This document shows, piece after piece, positions 38,023 through 48,601 of a stretch of 64,000 bases of DNA. Made by a program: the position numbers and the translations under genes. The notes beneath the pieces were generated by a model. That model did no database searches. It saw only the letters and a list, made by a program, of their open reading frames with translations, and was not told where the DNA came from. Positions within the stretch are counted from its first letter, which is position 1. Every line of letters begins with the position of its first letter. The DNA lies in contig CBDAOY010000006.1 of NCBI GenBank assembly GCA_965198225.1, forward strand, positions 864,001 through 928,000, read 5' to 3'. The stretch comes from Terriglobia bacterium (lineage in GTDB: Bacteria; Acidobacteriota; Terriglobia; 20CM-2-55-15).

Positions 38023-39341
38023 CAGTGGTGTCCGACACGTTTCAGAATAGATTCAATTGGTTAGCGTTAGAGTGTCGATTTGAGATGAGCCCGGATTCGG
38101 TAAGCAGCTGAAAAAGAGGCACATTCTCAAATGGTGTGACACTCAAGATCTGTAACATTGAGTGCAACGACAAAGGCAAATTCAGTTCTTTACGCACGAT
38201 AGCCACCAGCACGTAAACGCTCACGGCGACCCAGACCTGAGTTTTGACGGCGTTCTCGGAAGTGCCGAAGAAACGCTTGATGCGCAGGTGCTGTTTGATC
38301 CATTTGAAGAACAGCTCCACCTGCCAGCGCAGGCGATACAACTCGCAGATGGTCCGGGCTGGGAGCGTCATGTGATTGGTCAAGAAAACCAGTCGCCGAC
38401 CCTCGGGATCGCGATAACGAATGCGACGCAACCGTTCGGGGTAGCCGCGGCGGGAGCGAAATACGGTCAGTTCGATAGTCTGATCGCAGATGAGGCCCGT
38501 GTGTCGGTCGACGGGTTGGGAGTAGATGCGCTTGAACGCGAAGTCGGATCGAGCACGGGTGACGAAGAAGCTCCCGGCTTGATTGAAGGTGTAGAGGCGA
38601 TCGAAGTCGAGATAGCCGCGGTCCATCACGTAGAAAGCACCGGCTTCGGCGATGAGCAGGTCGAGAACGTTGACGTCGTGCAGCCTGCCTTCGGAGATGT
38701 GGATGAAGCTGGGGATACCGCCACGCAGGTCGAGCAGCGTATGAAGCTTCACCGCGGCTTCGGTCTTTCGAAAGTGCGCCCAAGGGAACAGCGACAAGCA
38801 CAGACTGATCATCGTGGAGTCGAGCGCGTAGACGGTTTCGTCCAGGTCGATCCCGAGCGGCTCGTGGGCATACAAGCGGCGTGCGATGCGGATCAGCGCC
38901 TGAGCGAACTCTCCGTAGATGCGCCAGTCGCGAGACTCGTTGGCATCGGCCAATGCACTGCGGCTGACCTTCCCGTGCAACCCCAGGTGGTAGAGCTTGG
39001 CGGGTTGGGCTCGCAAGCAGGCTTGAATGTCGCGCAGGCTCTCCCGATAGGTCAGCTGAGCGAAGGCCATGCATAGGAACTGGTCCAGGCAACTGAATGT
39101 GCGGACGTTGAAATTGCCGCGGTACTTGGTCACCAGACGACGGAACGTATACCACGGCGCGAACTCCATGACTTGTGCGAAGACCAGCTTGCCAGCGTGC
39201 ATCGGTGCCTCCCAGAAACCTCTGGAAAGGCTGCCGCGAAGGCCGCACAGAAATCAAATCGTTAACACCTTGACAAGCGCGCTACATCGCGTCAGTTCTA
39301 ACTTTAGGACCGGGAGGTCCTAAATCTGTCGGACACTACTG
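38023..39341 (-). mobile_element. IS4-family element (1319 bp) with 9-bp TSD CTCCGTGAT
   Basis: TIRs CAGTGGTGTCCGACA / TGTCGGACACTACTG; TSD at 38014-38022 and 39342-39350. Confidence 0.95.
38042..39202 (-). CDS. IS4 family transposase (DUF4372 + DDE_Tnp_1)
   Basis: FAQLTYRESLRD, LDST, MDRGY, YRLRWQVELFFKWIKQHL (YREK motif). Confidence 0.95.
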   Translation of the reverse strand: MHAGKLVFAQVMEFAPWYTFRRLVTKYRGNFNVRTFSCLDQFLCMAFAQLTYRESLRDIQACLRAQPAKLYHLGLHGKVSRSALADANESRDWRIYGEFAQALIRIARRLYAHEPLGIDLDETVYALDSTMISLCLSLFPWAHFRKTEAAVKLHTLLDLRGGIPSFIHISEGRLHDVNVLDLLIAEAGAFYVMDRGYLDFDRLYTFNQAGSFFVTRARSDFAFKRIYSQPVDRHTGLICDQTIELTVFRSRRGYPERLRRIRYRDPEGRRLVFLTNHMTLPARTICELYRLRWQVELFFKWIKQHLRIKRFFGTSENAVKTQVWVAVSVYVLVAIVRKELNLPLSLHSMLQILSVTPFENVPLFQLLTESGLISNRHSNANQLNLF

Positions 39342-40867
39342 CTCCGTGATACCTCGTCAGGTGAGCGCGCGGCGCCGGGACCAGGGCCGCCAGTTTCGCG
39401 ATGAAGTCCTGGCGCTCGAAAACAACAGCGGTGGTTCCGTCACGCCATGGACGTTTCAAACGGTAGTGGAGCCGGCCATCGGGGAGTAGGGTCAAGCGTT
39501 GGGTAGCGACGGCGGGACGGGCCGCATAGCGCATGAGCCTTTCCAGGCGTATCCTGTCTCGGGCCTCAACCGAGATATTGGCGTGCACACTGAAGCCAGA
39601 AACCATGGCGCAGCGTGGGCCCTCGAAGGCATCCATGCTGTCTGGGTCGATCTGGTCGCCCATGCGTAGGACGCCACGGCCGGCATTGCGGCCGACCGCA
39701 ATCCTGCTCCCGACGGAGCTGGCCAGCAGAGCGGCCATACCGGGATCGTCTTCTGAAAGGGGATCTGCTTGTTGAGGGTCGGCCTCCGTTCCAAGGCCTC
39801 TCCGCTCGAGCAACGATTGAACGCGCTCGTTGACGAGGGCTGTCAGGTGGATGACGTCCTGGTCCTCAGGCGCCGGCAATTGATGAAACCGGGGACGGCC
39901 ATCTTCACCGGCCGCATAAACCCCATCGATCACCATCGAGTGGAAATGCACGTTTGCATTCAGAGCGTCCCCAAAACGCTGCACAAACGTCACGGCACCA
40001 CACTGCGAGGAGCCAAGACCCCGCAGTTGCTCGGCCCGCCGCCGCAGTTCTCCAAACAGAGTGCGTATGAAAACGTTCAGGACATCGCTGGTGAGGCGCC
40101 GATCGTAGGCCATGCGGTAGCGCAGCGCGAAAGGCAGCGACAAGACCCACTGTCGTACCGGCACGACTGGAAAGACGCGATCGACCAGATGCGCCGCCGT
40201 ATCCGACATGCGTCGTCCAGCACACGACGGACACTAGACGCGCGCTTTACAGGAAAACGCCAGCAGCCGATCTTGTCCACAGTCCTGGCACTGAAGCCGC
40301 AGAAAGCCCCGCGCGAGAATGCCGCAATCCAAAAAGGCACGGAATTTTTTTTCAACAAACCGGGGGACCGGCCGGTCGCGCTCCTGTTGTCTGGCGAGGA
40401 AAGTCTCCAGTTGTTCGGCGACGGCCTGATACAGGACTGTCGTTTCCGGATTGCGCGGGCGATACGCGACACCGATAGCCACGAAGGCATCGCATGAAGC
40501 AAGCCCGCGCGTAATTCACGACGTAACATCCTCAGCAACATGCGTGGGCAGCAACTCGATAAAGCCGTTCTCGACGCGACTCCATTGTCGCGATTGTCGC
40601 GTGGTTGCCGACTCTTATCCGCTGGGGCCGCGGGCTTGAGGAAGATGCCATAGTGCAACACCGGCTTCGCAACGAGTATCTGTTACCGTATGGGAATTGC
40701 GTCAGTCCTCGCCAGTGTTACCCCCGACTGGACAATTTACCGATAGCGTCCAATCGGAAGTCCGCATTACCGGGAAGATGCCCCGCCGCGTCGATTCCCC
40801 GCGTGTAACGCCGTTTCGTTGAGCGATAAGAGGCTCGTCCGACCAGGTCTCTTCCCGAGGAGGAAGA

Positions 40868-41130
40868 TGGATGCGTTCGGGTTCGAACCGCCGGTACCTC
40901 TCATGGGCATCCTGGCGGTCCCGCCGTTTAACCTGGCGGTGGTACAGCCTGGAGTGTACGGCCCGAGACCTACGGGCTCGTTTGGCGGCAAACTGGACGT
41001 CAAGGATCAAAAAGGCCGGAACGACGTTCTGCCCGCGGGTGTTCCAACCCGGCGAGCTCTTCCAGCCGCTCGATCCACAAGTTCTTCACGGCGACGGCGA
41101 GGCGAGTGAAGTTTTCTGTTTGCTGGACCC
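40868..41130 (+). pseudogene. Eroded acetamidase/formamidase fragment
   Basis: PLMGILAVPP...FGGKLDVKD, then in another frame VFQPGELF..DPQVLHGDGE, a degenerate GGNxD...GD.H..QGDGE pattern. Confidence 0.45.
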
Positions 41131-41169
41131 AATGTATACTTCGACGCGGTCCGTCAGAAAGCATATGCC

Positions 41170-41832
41170 ATGTGCTGGAAGCGATTGCCGGCCGCAAGAT
41201 CGGCGTGATCCGGGGCCGAGTTCGAAGCGGTGCCGCTGGCCAACCAGACAGTCTTCGCGACCGCTGTCGACGTGCTCGAGCAGGCTGGTTTTGCTCTGGA
41301 GGATGTCACCCTGCCGGAGCGTCCGTACGGCGAAGTCTACACCTGCATCAGCAACACGGAAGGCGGAACCAACTTCAAGCCACTGTACAACTCGGGGCGG
41401 ATGATCCAATTCTACAACCCGTCCCGGCGAGCCGACTGGATGGCGGCCAGCATGATGCCCGCTTCCGATTACCTTACGGCGCAGCGCATTCGGGCCATGA
41501 TCAAGATGGAGGCCGATGAGGTAACGTCGAAATACGCGGCCCTGATCGCGCCGACAAGTGCGACAGGATCAGGACCCATTGAGCGAGGGCCGGACGCGTC
41601 TGCTCGAGGAGCGTCACCGGGCAATGACCGTTCCGTCCGGAAGCTCAACACGATTGGCAATCTGTCAGGGATGCCCGGAATCTCGATCCCGTGTGGTTTT
41701 GATGGCGACGGCATGCCGCTGGCTTTGCACATTGCCGGCCGTGCCTGGGATGAACAGTCGGTACTGGATGTCGCTATGGCGTTTCAGAGAGACACGGACT
41801 GGCACCGAATGCGGCCGGAATTCAGGCCCTGA
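41170..41832 (+). pseudogene. Amidase (GatA-like) C-terminal half
   Basis: YLTAQRIR, LIAPT, GNLSGMPGISIPCGF..DGMP, AFQRDTDWH; catalytic signature region absent. Confidence 0.75.
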
Positions 41833-41956
41833 TCGGAACTAAAAGACTTTGCCTCTGTGGATTGGGATGTTTGGACGCCCACGTCTCGCGACTCCCCTCT
41901 CGCGCACGTGTTATCGTGTTCTCTCTTCGCCACAATCACGATGACAGGAGGTACTG

Positions 41957-42448
41957 ATGAGAGAGGAACTGATCCAGCAACTGAAATCCACCCACGAGTT
42001 CTTCGAAAGAAGCACGGGGACTCTGAACGAGGACGACTCGACGTTCTCACCGTCAGGGGGAATGTTCACCGCGTCGCAGCAGGTGGCTCACGTGGCGCAG
42101 ACGATCGACTGGTTCGTCGACGGCGCCTTTCGAGAGAACGGCTTCGACATGGACTTCGAGGCACATGAGAAGCAAGTCCGCGCGGTCAGTTCGTTGGATG
42201 AGGCGCGCGCGTGGCTCAAGCGAGCGGTCGACAATGCCGTCGGGCAGCTTTCGGACAAATCCGAGGAGGACTGGATCCAGCCGCTTCCGCCCGGACCTAT
42301 CTTTGGCGGCGCCCCTCGAGTAAGCGTCTTCTGGGGCATTTCCGATCACACCGCACACCATCGCGGCGCGTTGACCGCGTATGCGCGTGCCCGGGGTAAG
42401 ACCCCACCGAATCCTTACATGGACATGGACCAGGCATCGGGAGCGTAG
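41957..42448 (+). CDS. DinB family protein
   Basis: QQVAHVA and DHTAHHRGAL His motifs; AGGAGG RBS. Confidence 0.88.
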   Translation: MREELIQQLKSTHEFFERSTGTLNEDDSTFSPSGGMFTASQQVAHVAQTIDWFVDGAFRENGFDMDFEAHEKQVRAVSSLDEARAWLKRAVDNAVGQLSDKSEEDWIQPLPPGPIFGGAPRVSVFWGISDHTAHHRGALTAYARARGKTPPNPYMDMDQASGA

Positions 42449-42472
42449 CGTTTCGTGTTCCTTTCGGTCGGG

Positions 42473-42506
42473 TTGACATCGGCTCACTTTATCCGTATAT
42501 TCGGAT
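42473..42506 (+). promoter_or_regulatory. Sigma70 promoter with overlapping palindromic operator upstream of sahR
   Basis: TTGACA-N17-TATATT; ATCCG-N6-CGGAT (42491-42506) spans the -10; ATG follows 7 nt after the -10. Confidence 0.75.
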
Positions 42507-42508
42507 GA

Positions 42509-43516
42509 ATGGATAACAGCTCGACCGATGTTCTCCTCCGGTCTCTCGGTGACCCCGTCCGTCGACAACTCGTCCGGGTGCTGGCCGAGGCCCCTTTGAC
42601 GGTCGGCGAAGTTGTGGGCGTCCTGGGCCTTCCTCAATCCACCGTCAGCCGACACCTGAAGACACTCCGTTCGACGGGGCTACTCGTAGATCGACGGGAA
42701 GGGAACCGCGTCCATATCGGACTGGTCGAGCCCAGCGGGAACGGAGACGGCGATCTGGCCGGTCTGCTGAATTCCTGGATTCGACAGCAGGAGTTGCCCC
42801 GCCGGGTCCGCGGAAGGCTGGAGCGGACCATCGCCGGGCGCAACGGGTCGGAAAACGCTTTCGAGCGTCTGGCCCACCAGTGGGACGAGCTCCGGTTCCA
42901 GCACTTCGGCCCGACGTTCCACCTGGAAGCCCTGGCAAGCCTGCTGCCCCGCGACTGGAGAGTACTCGACATCGGCACCGGGACCGGGTACATGCTGCCG
43001 TTCCTGGCGCGGCACTTCCGCCAGGTGGTGGCCATCGATCCGTCCTCGGCCATGCTGGGGCTGGCCCGCCGGCGCGCCAAGAAGGAGTCACTGGACAACG
43101 TCCGGTTCGAATCCGGGCGCCTCGAAGATCTTCCCGTCAACGACGGAACCATTGACTGTGCGCTGGCCGTTCTCGTGCTGCGTCACACGAGCGAACTGCC
43201 GAAGTCCTCGAGCGAGCTCGCGCGTGTGATAGTTCCGGGCGGACGCCTCCTGGTTGTCGACGTTGCCCCCCACCGTATGGAAGACTTCCGCCAGCGGACA
43301 GGGGACGCCTCTGAAGGGTTGGACCCGGATCTCGCGGCCCAACAGCTGGAACTGGCGGGGTTCGACATCACCAGCCGTGGCCAATTGCCTCCGCCGCCCC
43401 CCGACAGCCCGGCGGCGCCGAGTCGTCCCGCACCGGATCTCTTCTTACTTACCGCCGAGCGAACCCGGAGGTCCGGGAGGAGAACTCGAAAACAGAAATC
43501 CAAGGCGCATTCATAG
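42509..43516 (+). CDS. sahR: ArsR-HTH + methyltransferase-fold regulator (SahR-like)
   Basis: LGDPVRR...QSTVSRHLKTL HTH fused to VLDIGTGTG SAM-binding fold, directly upstream of ahcY. Confidence 0.82.
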   Translation: MDNSSTDVLLRSLGDPVRRQLVRVLAEAPLTVGEVVGVLGLPQSTVSRHLKTLRSTGLLVDRREGNRVHIGLVEPSGNGDGDLAGLLNSWIRQQELPRRVRGRLERTIAGRNGSENAFERLAHQWDELRFQHFGPTFHLEALASLLPRDWRVLDIGTGTGYMLPFLARHFRQVVAIDPSSAMLGLARRRAKKESLDNVRFESGRLEDLPVNDGTIDCALAVLVLRHTSELPKSSSELARVIVPGGRLLVVDVAPHRMEDFRQRTGDASEGLDPDLAAQQLELAGFDITSRGQLPPPPPDSPAAPSRPAPDLFLLTAERTRRSGRRTRKQKSKAHS

Positions 43517-43541
43517 ATAGGAAAGACAAGGAGAAACACCG

Positions 43542-44972
43542 ATGAGTACCGCTGAGAAGACCCACTACAAGGTTGCCGACATCGGCCTGGCTGAATTCGG
43601 ACGCAAGGAAATCGATCTCGCCGAGCACGAAATGCCGGGTCTGATGACCGTGCGCGAGGAGTACCGGGAGAACAAGCCGCTCGAAGGAGTCCGGGTCGCG
43701 GGGTCGCTGCACATGACGGTGCAGACGGCCGTGCTGATCGAGACCCTCACGGCCCTGGGAGCCGACGTGCGATGGGCAAGCTGCAACATTTTCAGCACCC
43801 AGGACCATGCCGCGGCCGCTATTGCCGCTTGCGACATCCCGGTGTTTGCCTGGAAGGGCGAGACATTGGACGAGTACTGGTGGTGCACCGACCAGATCCT
43901 GAAGTTTCCCGAAGGCGGACCGCAGCTGATCGTCGACGACGGCGGCGACGCCACGCTGCTGATTCACCTCGGGAAAGAAGCCGAAGACGTCTACGAAACC
44001 GACGGCACTCTGCCCGATCCCGACAGCACGGATGTCGAGGAGATGCAGGTCATCCTGAAACTGCTCCGCGACCGATTGGCTGAGGACCCCCGCTACTGGA
44101 CGAGAATGGCGGAGGGAATCGGCGGCGTCAGCGAGGAGACGACGACGGGTGTGCACCGGCTCTACCAGCGGCAGGAGGCCGGCACCCTGCTGTTTCCCGC
44201 GATCAACGTCAACGACAGCGTGACCAAGAGCAAGTTCGACAACATCTACGGCTGCCGCCACTCGCTGCCCGACGGCATCATGCGGGCGACCGACGTCATG
44301 ATCGGCGGAAAGAGGGTCCTGGTTTGCGGGTTCGGCGAAGTCGGGAAGGGGTGCGCCCAGTCGCTGCGCGGCCAGGGCGCACGCGTCCTCGTAACCGAGA
44401 TCGATCCGATCTGCGCCCTGCAGGCGACGATGGAAGGCTACCAGGTGGTCCGTCTGGACGATGTCGTCGACGAGGTGGACATCTTCGTGACCGCGACCGG
44501 CAACTTCAACATCATCACCGTCGACCACATGGCAAAGATGAAGGACAAGGCCATCGTGAGCAACATCGGCCACTTCGACAACGAAATCGACATGGCCGGT
44601 CTGGCGAAGTTCGACGGTATTCGGAAAGAGGAGATCAAGCCGCAGGTCCACCAGTGGCACTTCCCGGATGGCCACAGCATTCTCGTCCTTGCCGAAGGTC
44701 GCCTCGTGAACCTGGGCTGCGCGACCGGGCATCCCAGCTTCGTCATGAGCAACAGTTTCTCGAACCAGGTGATCGCGCAGGTCGAGCTGTGGACCAATAA
44801 TGACAGATACGAAAAGAAGGTCTATGTTCTGCCCAAGCACCTCGATGAGAAGGTCGCCAGGTTGCACCTGGACAAGCTGGGCGCGAAGCTGACCGAACTG
44901 ACGAAAGAACAGGCCGACTACATTGGTGTGCCGGTGGAGGGGCCGTATAAGGCCGAGTATTACAGGTACTGA
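43542..44972 (+). CDS. ahcY: Adenosylhomocysteinase
   Basis: [57 protein letters not shown]-terminal YRY. Confidence 0.98.
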   Translation: MSTAEKTHYKVADIGLAEFGRKEIDLAEHEMPGLMTVREEYRENKPLEGVRVAGSLHMTVQTAVLIETLTALGADVRWASCNIFSTQDHAAAAIAACDIPVFAWKGETLDEYWWCTDQILKFPEGGPQLIVDDGGDATLLIHLGKEAEDVYETDGTLPDPDSTDVEEMQVILKLLRDRLAEDPRYWTRMAEGIGGVSEETTTGVHRLYQRQEAGTLLFPAINVNDSVTKSKFDNIYGCRHSLPDGIMRATDVMIGGKRVLVCGFGEVGKGCAQSLRGQGARVLVTEIDPICALQATMEGYQVVRLDDVVDEVDIFVTATGNFNIITVDHMAKMKDKAIVSNIGHFDNEIDMAGLAKFDGIRKEEIKPQVHQWHFPDGHSILVLAEGRLVNLGCATGHPSFVMSNSFSNQVIAQVELWTNNDRYEKKVYVLPKHLDEKVARLHLDKLGAKLTELTKEQADYIGVPVEGPYKAEYYRY

Positions 44973-44992
44973 AGAGAAGTAGGCCGTTATCC

Positions 44993-45049
44993 GTTAGCGG
45001 CGGTCTTTGACCGCCGCGGGGCCGGTGTAGGTGCGGTCTATGACCGCAC
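44993..45049 (+). repeat. Two single REP hairpins downstream of ahcY
   Basis: GTTAGCGGCGGTCTTTGACCGCCGC (variant) and GTAGGTGCGGTCTATGACCGCAC (45027). Confidence 0.75.
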
Positions 45050-45185
45050 ATTCTACTCGATCGAGGGAGGTGGCTGGGACCTCGTCCGACAGCTATTGCA
45101 GATTGGTCATTGGACGATTCCGCATTGGAAATTTGGAGATTTCAAATTGCTCGATTTCTTATTGGTCGGAAATCTGAAATGAAAC

Positions 45186-45267
45186 AATCTCCAATGAGCA
45201 ACCTGCAATGTGGATTCTTTCAAATATCGCAATTTGCGATAGGTGTAGGTGCGGTCTGTGACCGCAC
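45186..45267 (+). repeat. AT-rich ~55-bp repeat followed by a single REP (45245-45267)
   Basis: CAATGAGCAACCTGCAATGTGGATTCTTTCAAATATCGCAATTTGCGAT, near-identical to 58438-58492. Confidence 0.75.
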
Positions 45268-45518
45268 ACCGCTGACGATCGGCGACTTTTCGTCTTATTG
45301 AACCCACCGACTTTTTCTGCTTGGCCAACACCCCGGGGACAGGGCTATACCCCTGTCCCCCTCACGTTGGCTCTCGCGCGGTTCGTTTCGGCGAGTCGTC
45401 GGTGTTCTCCCCCCTTCAGATTTCTTGTTAACGCTTTGGCATTCCCAACGTTTCCATTATTAACGGAACTTGGTCCGAGCGGCTTCCGTATGTATTCCGG
45501 CAAGGAGGAATGGGCGAA

Positions 45519-47948
45519 ATGGGTGTTTTTCAGGACATCAAATATGGGGTTCGGATGCTGGCCAAGAACCGGACTTTCACGCTGGCGGCGGTCCTGGCGC
45601 TGGCGGTCGGCATCGGTCTGAACGCCGCCGTCTTCACGCTGGTCAACGCGGTGCTGGTAAAGGGTTTGCCTTTCGAGGATCCGGACCGGATCGTACACAT
45701 CCGGTCGCGGAATATCCCTGCCGGAAGGGAACGCATGAGCGCGGCCTACCCAGACTTCGAGGACTGGCGGGAACAGTCCCGATCCTTCAAAGGCCTCGCA
45801 GCTCACCGCGGCGGATCGCTGAACTTGAGTGACGACCAACGATTCCCGGAACGTGTTTCGGGGGCCTGGATGACGCCGAACGCCTTCTCGCTTATCTGCC
45901 AGCAGCCCCTGATCGGTCGTGATCTGACGGCTGCCGACGCTGAAGCCGCCGCGGAAAAGGTCGCAATCATCGGATACGCCCTCTGGCAGAATCGCTACGG
46001 CGGCGATTCCGGGATCCTGGGAGGCACGATCAAGGCCGGCGACGTGGCCTACACGATCATCGGTGTCATGCCCCAGGGGATGGAGTTTCCCAGCAACACC
46101 GATCTCTGGATGCCGTTGATACCGTCCGAGAGCGAGCGGCAGCGAAAAAACCGCAGTTTTCGCGTGTTCGCCCGCCTCGGCGACGGTGTTTCCATTACCC
46201 AGGCTCAGGCTGAAATGGACAGCATCACCGCGCGCCTCGCCGAGGAGTATGCCGACACCAATGAGGACGTAGACGCCCTGGTCCTGACTTCGAGCCAGGA
46301 ATACAACGGCGGTGAGATCAGGGTGGTCTTCCTCGCCCTGATGGGATCGGTCACCTTCGTCCTCCTGATCGCATGCGCCAACGTCGCGAATCTGCTGCTG
46401 TCCCAGGCATTCAACCGGAGCAGGGAAACCTCCATCCGGACCGCGCTGGGGGCGGGACGATGGCGGGTCATCCGGCAATTGCTGCTCGAGAGTCTGATGT
46501 TGAGCGTCATGGGCGCGTCGCTGGGCCTGTTGTTGGCCGTCGGGGGAGTCCGCCTGTTCGACCGCGCCGTCGCCGATGTCGGGAAACCCTACTGGATCGA
46601 TTTTTCCATGGACTTCACCGTGTTCGCGTACCTGGGCCTGGTCTGTATCGGCACCGCGGTTCTCTTCGGCCTGGTCCCGGCGCTGCAGGCGTCCCGTACC
46701 GACGTCAACGACAGCCTGAAGTCCGGCGGCCGCTCCAGCATGGGCGGAGTGCGATCTCGAAAGCTCATCGGAGGCCTGGTGGTGGCGGAGTTGGGTCTCA
46801 CGCTGATCCTGCTGGTCGGCGCCGGGCTGATGATGCGAAGTTTCATGAACCTGAATCAGATCGACCTCGGCATCGACACCGCGAACACTTTGACGCTGCA
46901 GCTCGGCTTGCCCGAGGCCAAATATGGCGAAGTCGAAGAGCGAGTGGCGTTTCAGGACCGGTTGCTCGAAAGGATGACAGCCATCCCGGGGATCGAACAT
47001 GTTGCGCTGACATCGAACCTGCCCAGCGAAGGCAGCATGCAGTACTACATGGCTCTGCCCGATCGAGATCTGACCGATGCGGAAGGAGAGCTGCCCCTCG
47101 TGGGCGTCGTCGCCGTCACGCCGGACTATTTCAAGGCCCTCGGTCGAGACGTCGTGCGCGGGCGGAATCTAACCGCTGCGGACGGAATCGAAGGCTCCGA
47201 AGTTGCTGTCGTCAACGAGCGGTTTGCGGCTCGTTACTGGCCCGGCGAGGACCCAGTCGGCCGGCAGATGCGCCTCGGGAAGGGCCCTGAACGGCCGTGG
47301 GTCACTATTGTGGGGATCGCTCCGCCGATCCGCCAGCGCGTGAGGCAGTCCCAGCAGGCTCCCGAAATCGAGCCGACCGCCTTCGTCCCGTTCCGACAGG
47401 AGTCGGTCCGCGCAATCGATATTGTCGCTCGGAGCCCGATGGGTCCCGAACCCCTTGCCGACGCAATCCGGGCGGAAATCCGCGTCATCGATGCGGACCT
47501 GCCGACCTACAGCGTGCAGACTTTCGACGAGATGATTCACGGGGAAAGCTGGCCCTACCGCGTTTTCGGAAGCATCTTCGGAATCCTTGCTGTGGTCGCG
47601 CTCGTTCTTTCCTCGGTCGGCATCTTCGGAGTGACGTCCTACTCGGTGAGCCAGCGCACCCAGGAGATCGGCATGCGGATGGCGCTGGGCGCAGCTGCCC
47701 GAGACGTGCTGTGGCTGGTCGGAAAGCAAGGGCTCACGCAACTGACGATGGGTTTGCTCCTCGGCCTCGCCGGCGCGTTCGCCGTGACCCGCGTCATCGG
47801 GGATCTGATGTTCGGAGTCCGGCCGACCGACCCCCTCACTTTCTTCGCGATTACCGTGATCCTCAGCCTGGTGACTCTATCCGCCTGTTTTGTCCCGGCG
47901 CGCCGAGCGACCCAACTGGACCCGATGCGCGCTCTGCGGATCGACTAG
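45519..47948 (+). CDS. ABC permease, duplicated MacB/FtsX type (ADOP family)
   Basis: QDIKYGVRMLAKN, LLIACANVANLLL, SVSQRTQEIGMRMALGA, PARRATQLDPMRALR; AAGGAGG RBS; no adjacent ATPase. Confidence 0.92.
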   Translation: MGVFQDIKYGVRMLAKNRTFTLAAVLALAVGIGLNAAVFTLVNAVLVKGLPFEDPDRIVHIRSRNIPAGRERMSAAYPDFEDWREQSRSFKGLAAHRGGSLNLSDDQRFPERVSGAWMTPNAFSLICQQPLIGRDLTAADAEAAAEKVAIIGYALWQNRYGGDSGILGGTIKAGDVAYTIIGVMPQGMEFPSNTDLWMPLIPSESERQRKNRSFRVFARLGDGVSITQAQAEMDSITARLAEEYADTNEDVDALVLTSSQEYNGGEIRVVFLALMGSVTFVLLIACANVANLLLSQAFNRSRETSIRTALGAGRWRVIRQLLLESLMLSVMGASLGLLLAVGGVRLFDRAVADVGKPYWIDFSMDFTVFAYLGLVCIGTAVLFGLVPALQASRTDVNDSLKSGGRSSMGGVRSRKLIGGLVVAELGLTLILLVGAGLMMRSFMNLNQIDLGIDTANTLTLQLGLPEAKYGEVEERVAFQDRLLERMTAIPGIEHVALTSNLPSEGSMQYYMALPDRDLTDAEGELPLVGVVAVTPDYFKALGRDVVRGRNLTAADGIEGSEVAVVNERFAARYWPGEDPVGRQMRLGKGPERPWVTIVGIAPPIRQRVRQSQQAPEIEPTAFVPFRQESVRAIDIVARSPMGPEPLADAIRAEIRVIDADLPTYSVQTFDEMIHGESWPYRVFGSIFGILAVVALVLSSVGIFGVTSYSVSQRTQEIGMRMALGAAARDVLWLVGKQGLTQLTMGLLLGLAGAFAVTRVIGDLMFGVRPTDPLTFFAITVILSLVTLSACFVPARRATQLDPMRALRID

Positions 47949-48049
47949 ACCGTCCGAATCATCCCAACTTTTTCGCAACTAGCCCGATTGGAATTCGGGG
48001 CTTTCGCGTTGCTGACCTTCAACTCCGTGGATCAGGCCGGATCAGGCTG

Positions 48050-48065
48050 ATATGGTTACCCATAT
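48050..48065 (+). promoter_or_regulatory. Palindromic operator at the antitoxin start
   Basis: ATATGG-TTAC-CCATAT overlapping the ATG. Confidence 0.5.
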
Positions 48066-48303
48066 GAAGACAACCATAGATATTGCCGACGACCTCCTGG
48101 GGAAAGCCAAGCGGCGGGCAGCGCGCGAAAACAAGACGCTCAGGGAAGTCGTCGAAGAAGCCTTGCGCCGCCACTTGTCTGAGAAGGGTGCTCAAGGCGG
48201 TTTCCGGCTCGGACGCCATGTCTTCAAGGGTAGAGGGCTCCAGCCGGGTCTTACCGAGGGTAATTGGGAGAGCGTTCGAGACTTGATCCACAGGCCCGGA
48301 TAG
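48064..48303 (+). CDS. vapB: VapB-like RHH antitoxin
   Basis: MKTTIDIADDLLGKAKRRAARENKTLREVVEEALR. Confidence 0.85.
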   Translation: MKTTIDIADDLLGKAKRRAARENKTLREVVEEALRRHLSEKGAQGGFRLGRHVFKGRGLQPGLTEGNWESVRDLIHRPG

Positions 48304-48305
48304 CG

Positions 48306-48461
48306 GTGATCGCGCTAGACACCAACCTCCTTGTGTCTGCCCACCACGCGGATTCGTCCTGGCATGAGCAGGGCGATCGCGTCGTTGCCTGCTCTCCGCC
48401 GCCGGTAGCTTCAGTCGGTTCGCAGGAACTGAAGACCGAAAACCGGCTCATCGCGGGCTGA
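48306..48461 (+). pseudogene. vapC: VapC PIN toxin with a large internal deletion
   Basis: N-terminus MIALDTNLLVSAH joined directly to C-terminal remnants FSRF and LKTENRL. Confidence 0.75.
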
Positions 48462-48601
48462 CCCTCCGTCTGTAGGGCCGAAGTTCTGGAATCATCCCTC
48501 CAAATCATGCAGGATAGCGCGCAGCAGTTTTCACCGCGGGCTGCTACATGTACGCGGTCCGTAAGGCTCAAGCCGTCTAGTTAAACGCCCAGGAGGACAT
48601 C

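Larger units (their letters stand above)
37959..40482 (-). pseudogene. IS91-like (Zn-binding + Y2/HUH) transposase with in-frame TAG, IS4 insertion and IS21 truncation
   Basis: CGILARGF...FSCKARV*CPSCAGRRM...RQWVLSLP...NVHFH...GFSVHA...RYAARP...TRYHG, interrupted by IS4, resuming as HGVLGPAAAW at 38022-37959. Confidence 0.88.

Noticed and set aside
40234-40236. In-frame TAG as recoding (pyrrolysine or readthrough)
   Set aside because: The gene is also IS-disrupted and TAG ends many normal genes here; a TGG-to-TAG nonsense mutation is simpler.
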